Below are positions 16,837 through 25,134 of a DNA stretch of 45,958 nt, piece by piece (the first letter of the stretch is position 1; every line of letters begins with the position of its first letter). A program made the position numbers and the translations under genes. The notes beneath the pieces were generated by a model. That model did not search any database. It was not told the DNA's origin and saw only the letters and a list, made by a program, of their open reading frames with translations. Location of the stretch: assembly GCA_945870655.1 (NCBI GenBank), contig CAMBSX010000003.1:1-45958 (forward strand). Direction: 5' to 3'. This stretch comes from Chthoniobacter flavus (lineage in GTDB: Bacteria > Verrucomicrobiota > Verrucomicrobiia > Chthoniobacterales > JACTMZ01).

Positions 16837-17010
16837 CCGACCAAGCGCGAAGCGGAAATCCTCCGCTGGGCGGCCGAAGGCAACGCCGAGATCGCGACCA
16901 GCCTTGCTTTGAGAGCCCATACGGTCCGCAACCGTCTGGAGAATATCCTCGTCAAATTTAAGGTGGAAACACGGACCGCCGCGGCTGCGGCACTGCACCC
17001 ACCGGAATAA
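16837..17010 (+). pseudogene. Decayed LuxR/NarL-type helix-turn-helix
   Basis: PTKREAEILRWAAEG-NAEIATSLALRAHTVRNRLENILVKFKVETRTAAA. It lacks two residues of the usual G-x-[ST]-N turn and has no recognisable sensor domain. Confidence 0.65.
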
Positions 17011-17041
17011 ATTCCGAGCCGACCGCAAAAAGCAGCCGGGG

Positions 17042-17536
17042 TCAGGCCCGCGCCGGAGCAGCCAGAGCAATCTCCGTTGCCACGAAGGACTTGAAGTCGG
17101 CCTCGTAAAGTGTGTCGGAAGCAATCCGCTCCCACGCCTGGCGGAACGCCGGTTTGGCCAGCGCATCATGCATTCCGAGACGCCACAGATTCCACATGCC
17201 CTCGTCGAAATAACCGCGGCGGTGTAGATACCACTCCTCCAGACACATGCCGAAATACGTCCGCATCACACGCATGATCGCACCCGCATCGTCGCGTCCT
17301 TCCAGGCAAAAGGCCGGATCATGGACCTCTTCCGGCAACCGCTCCATCACCTCGAGGAAGCGACGCGAATGGTCCCCGAAATGCTCGACCGCCAACTGCA
17401 CGCGCAACACGCCCAACTGCCTCCACAGCGCATAGCCTGCGACAAGAACGCTGAGGATCGTGGCCAGACTTCCGCCCACACCCAGCCAATCAGTAACAGT
17501 CATAAGTTGAAGAATAGAGACAAACTCACGCGCCAT
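17042..17536 (-). CDS. Hypothetical protein with N-terminal TM helix and helical domain (DUF4760-like)
   Basis: TM segment WLGVGGSLATILSVLVAGYALW, then YFGMCLEEWYLHRRGYFDEGMWNLW. Start at 17503 or 17536. Confidence 0.6.
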   Translation of the reverse strand: MAREFVSILQLMTVTDWLGVGGSLATILSVLVAGYALWRQLGVLRVQLAVEHFGDHSRRFLEVMERLPEEVHDPAFCLEGRDDAGAIMRVMRTYFGMCLEEWYLHRRGYFDEGMWNLWRLGMHDALAKPAFRQAWERIASDTLYEADFKSFVATEIALAAPARA

Positions 17537-17671
17537 GCCTACGCGAGAAAGGGCCATCTTCCAAGCCTCGCGGTCGGGACGAGTCGGCCCTCAGGTCCGG
17601 ACTCTCAAGCGAAGGACGGCTGCAACGCAAAAGATTGACCTCTTCGGTCTCTCCGCGTGCCATCACTCCTC

Positions 17672-18541
17672 ATGAACCCGTGGATCCTCGCCGCCCGACC
17701 GCGCACCTTGGGTGCCGCGATCATCCCCGTGCTTGCCGGAGGCGCTTTGGCCATTTCGGTCAGCGCGTTTGATCCGTTGGTTTCCGCGCTCATCCTCGCC
17801 TGCGCCGTCCTCATCCAGATCGCGACCAACTTTTTCAATGACGCGATCGACCACGTCAAAGGCGCCGACACCCCCGGGCGACTCGGCCCGATCCGCGTCA
17901 CCTCGACCGGACTCCTCCCCGCGCGTCAGGTCATGACCGGCGCGGTTCTCACCATAGCGCTCGCCGCCCTCCTCGCCACCCCTCTTGTTCTCCGCGGCGG
18001 CGGGATCATTCTTCTTATCGGCATCCTCTCGCTGTTCTTCGCCTATGCTTACACCGGCGGCCCTTTTCCCTTGGCCTACCTCGGACTCGGCGAAATTTTC
18101 GTCATCCTCTTCTTCGGCCTCATTGCCGTGGCCGGCACTTTTTATCTCAACACCCTCGCCTTCTCCGTGGCCGCAGTTTTGGCTGGATTGCAAATCGGAC
18201 TGCACTCGAGCGTGCTGCTCGCGGTCAATAATCTCCGCGACCTCGAGACCGACCGCGCAGCGAACAAGAAAACTCTGGCTGCCCGGTTCGGGCTCACTTT
18301 TGCCCGCCGCGAAAACGCCGCGCTGATCATCACCCCTTTCGTACTCGGCCTCGCGTGGCTTCCGCTCGGTTATCTTTGGGCCTTCCTCCTCCCGCTTCTT
18401 ACCCTACCCCTGGCCTGGTGGCTGGCCTGCGCCTGCCTCAAGGCTGCGCCCGCGCGCGAAACCAACCAACTTCTTGCCCAAGCCGCCGCATTGCACGCCG
18501 CGTTCGGACTCCTCCTTGCTCTCGCTTTCCTCCTGCCGTGA
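17672..18541 (+). CDS. menA: 1,4-dihydroxy-2-naphthoate polyprenyltransferase
   Basis: WILAARPRTL, QIATNFFNDAID...GAD...RLGP, YTGGPFPLAYLGLGE, NNLRDLETDRAANKKTLA. Confidence 0.95.
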   Translation: MNPWILAARPRTLGAAIIPVLAGGALAISVSAFDPLVSALILACAVLIQIATNFFNDAIDHVKGADTPGRLGPIRVTSTGLLPARQVMTGAVLTIALAALLATPLVLRGGGIILLIGILSLFFAYAYTGGPFPLAYLGLGEIFVILFFGLIAVAGTFYLNTLAFSVAAVLAGLQIGLHSSVLLAVNNLRDLETDRAANKKTLAARFGLTFARRENAALIITPFVLGLAWLPLGYLWAFLLPLLTLPLAWWLACACLKAAPARETNQLLAQAAALHAAFGLLLALAFLLP

Positions 18542-19524
18542 AAATCTGGACGCATCATTACACGCTGCAGCCCGGATCCGCTCCGGCGCGCGCCGCGCGT
18601 GGTCCGCGTCACGGCATACTTCTCCGCGTCGAGTTCAACGGTGGAACAATCGGCTACGCCGACCTGCATCCTTGGGAGGAATTCGGGCACGCGCCATTGA
18701 CCAATCATCTTGCCTCACTGGGCACGGACCAACCGACACTCTTGGCCAACCTTGCCCTGCGCCACGCCCGAACCGATGCCGCGGCCCGCCGCGCGGGAGT
18801 CTCACTATTCGACGGGCTGCCCGAGGTCCGCAGCCACGCGCTCTTCACCGATTGGTGCGAGGCCCCGCGCTCCGTTTTCGAACCATGCAGTGCCGAAGGT
18901 TACACCGCCGCGAAAGTAAAGATCGGCCGGAATGTGCAGCGCGAAGCCGCGGCGCTCAACCGGTTTTCCGACCTCCCGCTCCGCTGGCGCCTCGATGCCA
19001 ATGCCAGTTTCACGACCGGCCGCGGCGAACCATTGACAACTTTCCTCTCCCAACTCGCCCCCGATCTCCGCCGGAAGATCGAATTCTTCGAAGATCCGAC
19101 ACCCTACGAGACCGCCGCGTGGGCCGCCCTGTCCGAATGCGAAAAAATCCCCCTCGCGCTCGACTGGGAATTACCCTCAACGCCACCGCCCTGGACCGGC
19201 GCGCAAATTGTCGTGATCAAACCGGCCTCGCAGGACGCCTTCCCGCTCGCCCTCGCCGCCAGCCAGGCAGGGATGGAAATGGTCGTCACGCACAGCATGG
19301 ACCATCCTCTCGGCCAAGCCGTCGCCCTCTGGACCGCCATGCGACTGCGCCAGCGCCACGGCGACCTCGTCCGCGACGGCGGCCTCCAAGCCACCGGCCT
19401 TTACCAGCCGGACGAATTCAGCACCCAAATCAAAACGAAAGGACCAGCCACCACGCCCCCCCCCGGCACCGGCTTCGGATTCGACAACCTGCTGGCGCGG
19501 CTTCCCTGGCAAGCACTCCGATGA
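18538..19524 (+). CDS. menC: o-succinylbenzoate synthase (enolase superfamily)
   Basis: GTG start overlaps the menA stop. GYADLHPW, KVKIG (KxK), RLDAN, FFEDP, LALD and IKP catalytic pattern, plus menA context. Confidence 0.8.
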   Translation: MKIWTHHYTLQPGSAPARAARGPRHGILLRVEFNGGTIGYADLHPWEEFGHAPLTNHLASLGTDQPTLLANLALRHARTDAAARRAGVSLFDGLPEVRSHALFTDWCEAPRSVFEPCSAEGYTAAKVKIGRNVQREAAALNRFSDLPLRWRLDANASFTTGRGEPLTTFLSQLAPDLRRKIEFFEDPTPYETAAWAALSECEKIPLALDWELPSTPPPWTGAQIVVIKPASQDAFPLALAASQAGMEMVVTHSMDHPLGQAVALWTAMRLRQRHGDLVRDGGLQATGLYQPDEFSTQIKTKGPATTPPPGTGFGFDNLLARLPWQALR

Positions 19525-19880
19525 ACCAACAAGGGCCCGCACCTCCCGTCTGGTGGCTCATCTGGGCAACCATCACCGCGGCATTTTTCCTCGCGGTCGG
19601 CATTTTTGAAACGACCGCCACCTCAACCGGCACGCAGTCATGGCTCACCCTCATCGCCCTCCCTCCCTTCATTGCCTCTGCGTTCATCCGCTTCGGCCTG
19701 CTCCCCCGTGTCACGCCACCGCCAAGGAAGTTTCTTTTCTTCATTCTCGGTCTCGCCTTGGCGGAATCTGGCGGCCTCCTTGCCCTCATCCTCGGCTCAC
19801 CCTGGAAAACACCCTTGGCCGCAGCCGCCCTTGTTCTCATCATCGTCTACATTCCCGCTTTCATCATCCGGCGCCCTTGA
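19521..19880 (+). CDS. Hypothetical membrane protein (about 4 TM)
   Basis: ATGA overlap with the menC stop; four hydrophobic segments. Confidence 0.7.
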   Translation: MNQQGPAPPVWWLIWATITAAFFLAVGIFETTATSTGTQSWLTLIALPPFIASAFIRFGLLPRVTPPPRKFLFFILGLALAESGGLLALILGSPWKTPLAAAALVLIIVYIPAFIIRRP

Positions 19881-19899
19881 ACCCAAAATCGCATCCATC

Positions 19900-20460
19900 A
19901 TGACCCGTTCTTCTCTCACCCTTCTGGTTATCCTCGCCGTTCTGGTCTCCCTCCCTGCCCCGGCCGCCGAGCCGACCAAAGTCCTCTTCGACTTCGCAGA
20001 CCCCGCCGCTTTGCGCGGATGGCGGGTCCAAGACGACGGAGTGATGGGCGGACTCTCGAAAGGAAACATCACCCGTGATCCGGCCGGTTACGCCGTTTTC
20101 AGCGGCAAAGTGTCGCTCGAAAACAATGGGGGATTTTCCTCCATCCAAAACAACTTCGACCCCATCGAGGTTTCCCCGTATGAGCAAGCCGTTGTTCGCC
20201 TGAAAGGCGACAGCAAAGATTACCGTTTCATCGTCAAAGCCGAAAACGACGCCCGCCACTACTACGTGGCCGAATTCCCCACGACAGGCGATTGGGAAGA
20301 AATCAAAATCCCCCTCCGCACCATGTATCCTGTCCGCCGCGGCGACCGCCTCGACTTGCCCGATTACTCCGGCGAAACCCTGTCCCAGGTCCGCTTCATG
20401 ATCGCCAACGGACGGGCCGAAAGTTTCCAACTCGAGATCGCGAGCATCGCCCTCGAGTAA
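19900..20460 (+). CDS. CIA30 family protein (complex I intermediate-associated protein 30-like), exported
   Basis: Signal peptide, then WRVQDDGVMGGLS, FSGKVSLENNGGFSSI, RLKGD, WEEIKIP. Confidence 0.9.
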   Translation: MTRSSLTLLVILAVLVSLPAPAAEPTKVLFDFADPAALRGWRVQDDGVMGGLSKGNITRDPAGYAVFSGKVSLENNGGFSSIQNNFDPIEVSPYEQAVVRLKGDSKDYRFIVKAENDARHYYVAEFPTTGDWEEIKIPLRTMYPVRRGDRLDLPDYSGETLSQVRFMIANGRAESFQLEIASIALE

Positions 20461-20495
20461 GGAGCAACTATCCCCTCGAGCCACCTCGAACCACA

Positions 20496-20522
20496 CGGCG
20501 CCCGGGGACGGCCGCCCTCCAA
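20496..20522 (-). repeat. REP-like element, GGAG family (single copy)
   Basis: Reverse complement is TTGGAGGGCGGCCGTCCCCGGGCGCCG; the first 21 nt are identical to the left arm at 22975. Confidence 0.7.
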
Positions 20523-20584
20523 CCGCAGAGGCGCCGTTTGCTTTTGGGCCGTCTCGCAGAATCGGCTCCGCCGTCAGCCGTTAT

Positions 20585-20644
20585 GCGGCATAGGCATCCC
20601 TGCCTATGACGGTCTGGACATCATCGGCAAGGTGCCGATGCCAC
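20585..20644. repeat. REP doublet (REPIN-like), GTGGCA family
   Basis: GCGGCATAGGCATCCCTGCCTATGA, spacer, TCATCGGCAAGGTGCCGATGCCAC: two inverted hairpin units. Confidence 0.75.
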
Positions 20645-20707
20645 TTTTCTCTCCCTCCCCGACCCACAACCACTTCGACCCCTTGGCTACTTTCTGTTCA
20701 AAAACTC

Positions 20708-22933
20708 CTAGAGCAATGCCACGGGATCCACATCCACGGCGACATGCACATCCTTCGGAAGCTTGAGCGACCCCAAACTCTCCTTGACCGCCTTGGTCAG
20801 CGACCGGATCTGCTTCCCCCGCGCCACCACCTGATACCGATACATCCCGCGGACCCGGGCCAGCGGGGCCGGGGCGGCCGGGCTGACCATGACCGACTGC
20901 GGCACGGCGGCGGTCAATTTCTGCGCCAGCGTCCGCGCCGCGAACTCCGCTTTTTGCGCGGTATCCGCGCGTGCCGTGAGCAGAACCAGATGCGAATACG
21001 GCGGATGTCCGAAATTGTGGCGCATCTCGAGTTCATGCGCGGCGAAGCCATCGAAGTCGTGCGATTTGGCGAACTGCAGCGACGGATGCGCCGGGGAAAA
21101 GGTTTGCACAATCACCTCCCCCTCCGCGTCCCCGCGACCCGCCCGTCCCGCGACCTGCACGAGAAGCTGGAACGTCCGCTCCCCCGCCCGGAAGTCCGGC
21201 AAATGCAGCGCGGAATCCGCGCTGATGATCCCCACCAAAGTCACGCCCGGAAAGTGCAGGCCCTTGGCGATCATCTGGGTGCCGACCAGGATGTCGATTT
21301 TCCGGCTGCGGAAGGCCCCGAGTGTTTCGTGATACGCGCCTTTGCGCGTCATGGTGTCCGAATCCATCCGCGCCACCCGAGCCGAGGGGAACATCTTCCG
21401 CACCGCGGCCTCCACTTTTTCCGTACCCACCCCGCTGAACGCGATTTGCGGATCGTGGCACTGCGGACACCGCCGCGGCGGCTTTTGGGCGTAACCGCAG
21501 ATGTGGCAGCGGGCCAGATCCTCCTTTTTGTGCAAGGCGAGCGAAACACTGCAGTGCGGACACTCCACGTTTTTCCCGCAGGACTTGCAGGCCAGCACGG
21601 TGAAAAACCCGCGGCGGTTGAGAAAAAGAATCGTCTGCTCGCCCTTGGCCAGACGCGCTTCGATGGCCAGCCCCAGCTTCGGCGAGATGAACTGGTCGTT
21701 GCGTTCACCGTCTTTGCTCCGCAAGCGCATGTCGACCACCCGAAAGACAGGCAGCACGCAGCCGTCATGCCGGTGGGTCAACTCGAGCAGGTCGTATTTG
21801 CCCTTGCGGCAGTTCTCGAAAGTTTCCAGCGACGGCGTGGCCGATCCGAGCAACACCGCGCACGGCTCCATTTTCCCCCGCACCACCGCGAGGTCGCGTG
21901 CATGGTAACGAGGCCCCTCGTCCTGCTTGTAGGAATTGTCATGCTCCTCGTCGATGACGATAAGCCCCGGATTTGCCAAGGGCGCGAAAACCGCTCCGCG
22001 TGCACCGATGACAATGCGCGCCTGCCCGCTCCGCACCCGGTGCCATTCGTCGTGGCGCTCCCCCTCGCTCAAATGACTGTGCAGCACCGCCACCTCGATT
22101 CCTTGCGGCGCGAAGCGCGAGGAGAAGCGCTCGACGGTCTGCGGGGTTAGGGCAATTTCCGGGACCAGCACAAGTGCCGTTTTTCCCGCTTGGAGCACCT
22201 CATCGATGGCGCGCAGGTAAACCTCCGTCTTCCCGCTGCCGGTGATTCCTTTCAGAACAATGGGCCGATGCCCCCCCGGATCGCGCAAGGCCGGACGGAT
22301 CCCTTCCAGCGCGTGCTCCTGCTCGGCACTCAAGACCGGCGGCACCGAGGCCACAAATTCCTCCGATCCGAGGGGGGCGCGCCGCACTTCCTCGGCTGTG
22401 ACCTCCACCCAACCACGCCGGGCGAGCGTTTTCACCGCGGCATCGGAGGCACCGGTCTCCGCAGCAAGTCGTGCCACAGCGACCGGCCCGTTGGTTTGCA
22501 AATAGGCGAGAACCGCCGCCTGCCGCGGAGCCTTGGTCCGCAGGGCCGCCATCTCCTCCGCACTGGCCGGCTTGGCCAAAGAAGCAAACTTGCGTTTGAG
22601 CGGAGCATGCCCCGTCTCCCGCACCGCGCGCGGCAAAACACAGCGCAAGGCATCCTGTTCATCGCACCCGTAATATTCCGCCATCCACTTCGCCAGTTTC
22701 AGCAGCACCGGCGTCATTTGCGGACGCTCGTCCATCACCGCGACGAGCGGACGCACCCCCTCGGCCGAGGTCGTTTCCGCCACCGCCACTACCGTCCCGA
22801 TCGCTTGCCGGTTGCGCAGCGGCACGCGCACCCGCGATCCCGCCGCGACCCGCCCGTCCCATCCCGCGGGGATCTCGTAATCGAGCGTCTTCCCCGTCGA
22901 ACGGTCGAGGATCACCTGGGCAAAGCGCGGCAT
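20708..22933 (-). CDS. priA: Primosomal protein N' (replication restart helicase)
   Basis: GITGSGKTEVY, LVPEIALTPQ, DEEH, SATPS, LNRRG, four CxxC pairs, GTQMIAKG, QVAGRAGR. Confidence 0.97.
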   Translation of the reverse strand: MPRFAQVILDRSTGKTLDYEIPAGWDGRVAAGSRVRVPLRNRQAIGTVVAVAETTSAEGVRPLVAVMDERPQMTPVLLKLAKWMAEYYGCDEQDALRCVLPRAVRETGHAPLKRKFASLAKPASAEEMAALRTKAPRQAAVLAYLQTNGPVAVARLAAETGASDAAVKTLARRGWVEVTAEEVRRAPLGSEEFVASVPPVLSAEQEHALEGIRPALRDPGGHRPIVLKGITGSGKTEVYLRAIDEVLQAGKTALVLVPEIALTPQTVERFSSRFAPQGIEVAVLHSHLSEGERHDEWHRVRSGQARIVIGARGAVFAPLANPGLIVIDEEHDNSYKQDEGPRYHARDLAVVRGKMEPCAVLLGSATPSLETFENCRKGKYDLLELTHRHDGCVLPVFRVVDMRLRSKDGERNDQFISPKLGLAIEARLAKGEQTILFLNRRGFFTVLACKSCGKNVECPHCSVSLALHKKEDLARCHICGYAQKPPRRCPQCHDPQIAFSGVGTEKVEAAVRKMFPSARVARMDSDTMTRKGAYHETLGAFRSRKIDILVGTQMIAKGLHFPGVTLVGIISADSALHLPDFRAGERTFQLLVQVAGRAGRGDAEGEVIVQTFSPAHPSLQFAKSHDFDGFAAHELEMRHNFGHPPYSHLVLLTARADTAQKAEFAARTLAQKLTAAVPQSVMVSPAAPAPLARVRGMYRYQVVARGKQIRSLTKAVKESLGSLKLPKDVHVAVDVDPVALL

Positions 22934-22974
22934 GAAGGGATCTTATCCGGTCCGTCGAAGGCCTCAATCAGCCT

Positions 22975-23040
22975 TTGGAGGGCGGCCGTCCCCGGCCACC
23001 GCGGGATAAGATGCGGCTCGCGGGGACGCCCGCCCTCCAA
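22975..23040. repeat. REP doublet (REPIN-like), GGAG family
   Basis: TTGGAGGGCGG-CCGTCCCC...GGGGACG-CCCGCCCTCCAA, with 11-bp perfect terminal inverted repeats. Confidence 0.8.
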
Positions 23041-23062
23041 GAAAACACGCTTTGTGGTTTCC

Positions 23063-23482
23063 CTATTTTCCAACCACCGAAACAACCACCTCCCGCCGGT
23101 GCGGGGCGCGGCGGTGCTCGAGCAAAAAAATCCCCTGCCACGTACCGAGGGCCATGCGACCGCCGGTCACGGGAATCGTCTCGCTCGTGCGGGTCACGGT
23201 CATGCGCAGGTGACTGGCCGTGTCATCCGGACCTTCCATCGTGTGCAAATGCCAGTCCGCACCGTCCGGGGCAATCCGGTCGAGAAACTGATGCAAATCT
23301 TCCCGCGCCGAGGGATCGGCATTTTCGAAAATGACCAAACTGGCGCTGGTATGCCGGACGAACACCGTGACGATGCCTTCTTTCAGTCCGGACGCACAAA
23401 CCATGCGCGTCACCTCGTCGGTGATTTCATAACTTCCGCGCCCGCTCGTGCGGACTTCAAAACTTTCCGTTTTGGCGATCAT
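23063..23482 (-). CDS. yjbQ: YjbQ (UPF0047) family protein
   Basis: HTSASLVIFENADPS, HTMEGPDDTASH, LGTWQGIFLLEHR. Confidence 0.92.
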   Translation of the reverse strand: MIAKTESFEVRTSGRGSYEITDEVTRMVCASGLKEGIVTVFVRHTSASLVIFENADPSAREDLHQFLDRIAPDGADWHLHTMEGPDDTASHLRMTVTRTSETIPVTGGRMALGTWQGIFLLEHRRAPHRREVVVSVVGK

Positions 23483-23501
23483 TCCGCAAAACTTTCCACC
23501 C

Positions 23502-24659
23502 TCATCTCTCAACCCCCTCAACTCCATAAAGCGCCTGCACAAGCCGGGCCGGACGCGATTCGCGCAGCACGCCATTTTCCATCCGGTTCATCACGTAGGC
23601 AAAACCGAGCCGGTTCTCCGGATCGGCAAAAGCCAGACTACCTCCGGCCCCCGGATGCCCGAAGGCATCCAACGACGGACCAAACGTGGCGCGCTGTTTT
23701 GTCCCGGACTCATCCAGTGGATCCATCATGAATCCGGCGGAGAAAGACGTCGGCTGGCACAGCACCATATCCGGACCATTGCTGCGGCGTTGGGTCAGCG
23801 CCTCGTGCCACGGGCCGTGGAAAAACTCCCCCGACGCCAAGCGATCATAGAAGCGGGCCAGAGACCGCGCATTGCCGATCCCCCCGAAGGAAGGAAGCGA
23901 CGCGCGCCACACTTCCGGACGGTTTGTAGCCGCCGCGCCGGCCAGCCCCGACGGCCGGACGAAAGACCGGGCGGTGAGCGAAGCGCGGTCGGCCAACGCC
24001 TTTTCGAACGGTCCCGGCTCTTTCAAGTCCCCAACCCCGGCCGCATGCATCCGCGCCACATGACCGTCTAATTCCGCGGGCAAGCCGATCCAGAATTGCA
24101 AAGCGAGCGGATCGCCGAAGGCCTTCCGCCAATAAGCGCCGAGGGGCAAACCCGCCGTGCGCCGCACGAGGGCATCGAGCAGATAGCCGAAGGTCCGCGG
24201 CGCGTAGCCGTGAGCCGTGCCCGGCTTCCAATTCGGAGCCTGCGCCGCCAGCGCCGCAGCCACGCCTTCCATAGCAAAAATATCCAGGCCGTCCTGCTCG
24301 AGCACAGCCAATCCGGCCCGGTGGGCAAGCAAGTCGGAGATCGTCACCTTGTCTTTTCCCGCCGTCCCGAATTCCGGCCAGACCTCGGCCACCGGGGCCT
24401 CCAGAGGAACTTTGGCTTCCTGCAAGGCATGCAAGGCACAGGCCGCCGCCGGCCCCTTGGTTGCCGACCAGCAAAAAACGATGGTGTCCGCAGTCCAGGG
24501 CGATGCCTCCGCCGCGTCGCGCCACCCGCCGCCGAAGCGCAGCAATTCGTGGCCGTCCTGCCAGACACACACCTCGGCGCCCAGTTCTTCGCCGCGGGCA
24601 AAATGACCCTCAAAGACCGCCCGCACCCGCGCGGTGGCGGCCCCGTCGATGCTCCTCAT
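23502..24659 (-). CDS. Serine hydrolase, beta-lactamase-like esterase family
   Basis: SATK (SxxK), LLAHRAGL, PGTAHGYA, FWIGLP, FGHPGAGGS. Confidence 0.9.
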   Translation of the reverse strand: MRSIDGAATARVRAVFEGHFARGEELGAEVCVWQDGHELLRFGGGWRDAAEASPWTADTIVFCWSATKGPAAACALHALQEAKVPLEAPVAEVWPEFGTAGKDKVTISDLLAHRAGLAVLEQDGLDIFAMEGVAAALAAQAPNWKPGTAHGYAPRTFGYLLDALVRRTAGLPLGAYWRKAFGDPLALQFWIGLPAELDGHVARMHAAGVGDLKEPGPFEKALADRASLTARSFVRPSGLAGAAATNRPEVWRASLPSFGGIGNARSLARFYDRLASGEFFHGPWHEALTQRRSNGPDMVLCQPTSFSAGFMMDPLDESGTKQRATFGPSLDAFGHPGAGGSLAFADPENRLGFAYVMNRMENGVLRESRPARLVQALYGVEGVER

Positions 24660-25120
24660 ACCAGCTTGCCGATGACGTCTTCCAAATCCGGATCGTAGCG
24701 GGCGATTTCCCGGAACTTTTCGTCCAGATTGAAACTCATCTGCAGATAACTTTGCGCCTCCTCCGGATTGCCCAACACCGCGTGGTAGCAGCCGAGATTG
24801 TAAAAATAGACCGGTTCGCGAAGCAGCGAAGCAGGCCCCTCCTGCAGCAAAGCCATGGCCTCGGCGGTGCGTCCGAGTTCATGCAGACAAAATGCCCCGT
24901 GGATATAGCCGAGCGGCAAGTCCGGACGGTCGGCCCGCAAAGTCTCGCAGGCTGTCAGCGCCTCCGGCCACCGCCGCACGCGCATAAAAATGTAAACCCT
25001 CAACTGCGCGACATCTTCGTGTCCGCGGTCCTCCCCCGGCACCCGCTCCAATTCGGCGAGGGCCTCTTCCGCCATACCCAGCTCAAGATAGCCTTGGGCG
25101 GCATTGATGTAGTGTTGCAG
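24656..25120 (-). CDS. Tetratricopeptide repeat protein
   Basis: TPR helices (AAQGYLELGMAEEALAEL; AFCLHELGRTAEA; YNLGCYHAVLG...DPDL). Coding signal extends upstream of the first ATG at 25075, so the start is uncertain. Confidence 0.8.
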   Translation of the reverse strand: MQHYINAAQGYLELGMAEEALAELERVPGEDRGHEDVAQLRVYIFMRVRRWPEALTACETLRADRPDLPLGYIHGAFCLHELGRTAEAMALLQEGPASLLREPVYFYNLGCYHAVLGNPEEAQSYLQMSFNLDEKFREIARYDPDLEDVIGKLV

Positions 25121-25134
25121 GGCGATGATGGTAG

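Noticed and set aside
17569-17604. Further REP-like unit upstream of menA
   Set aside because: Too degenerate to assign to any of the repeat families seen.
23502-24659. Beta-lactam resistance gene
   Set aside because: It has SxxK but an esterase-type context (LLAHRAGL, FGHPGAGG), no signal peptide, and sits in a housekeeping operon with uvrC and yjbQ.
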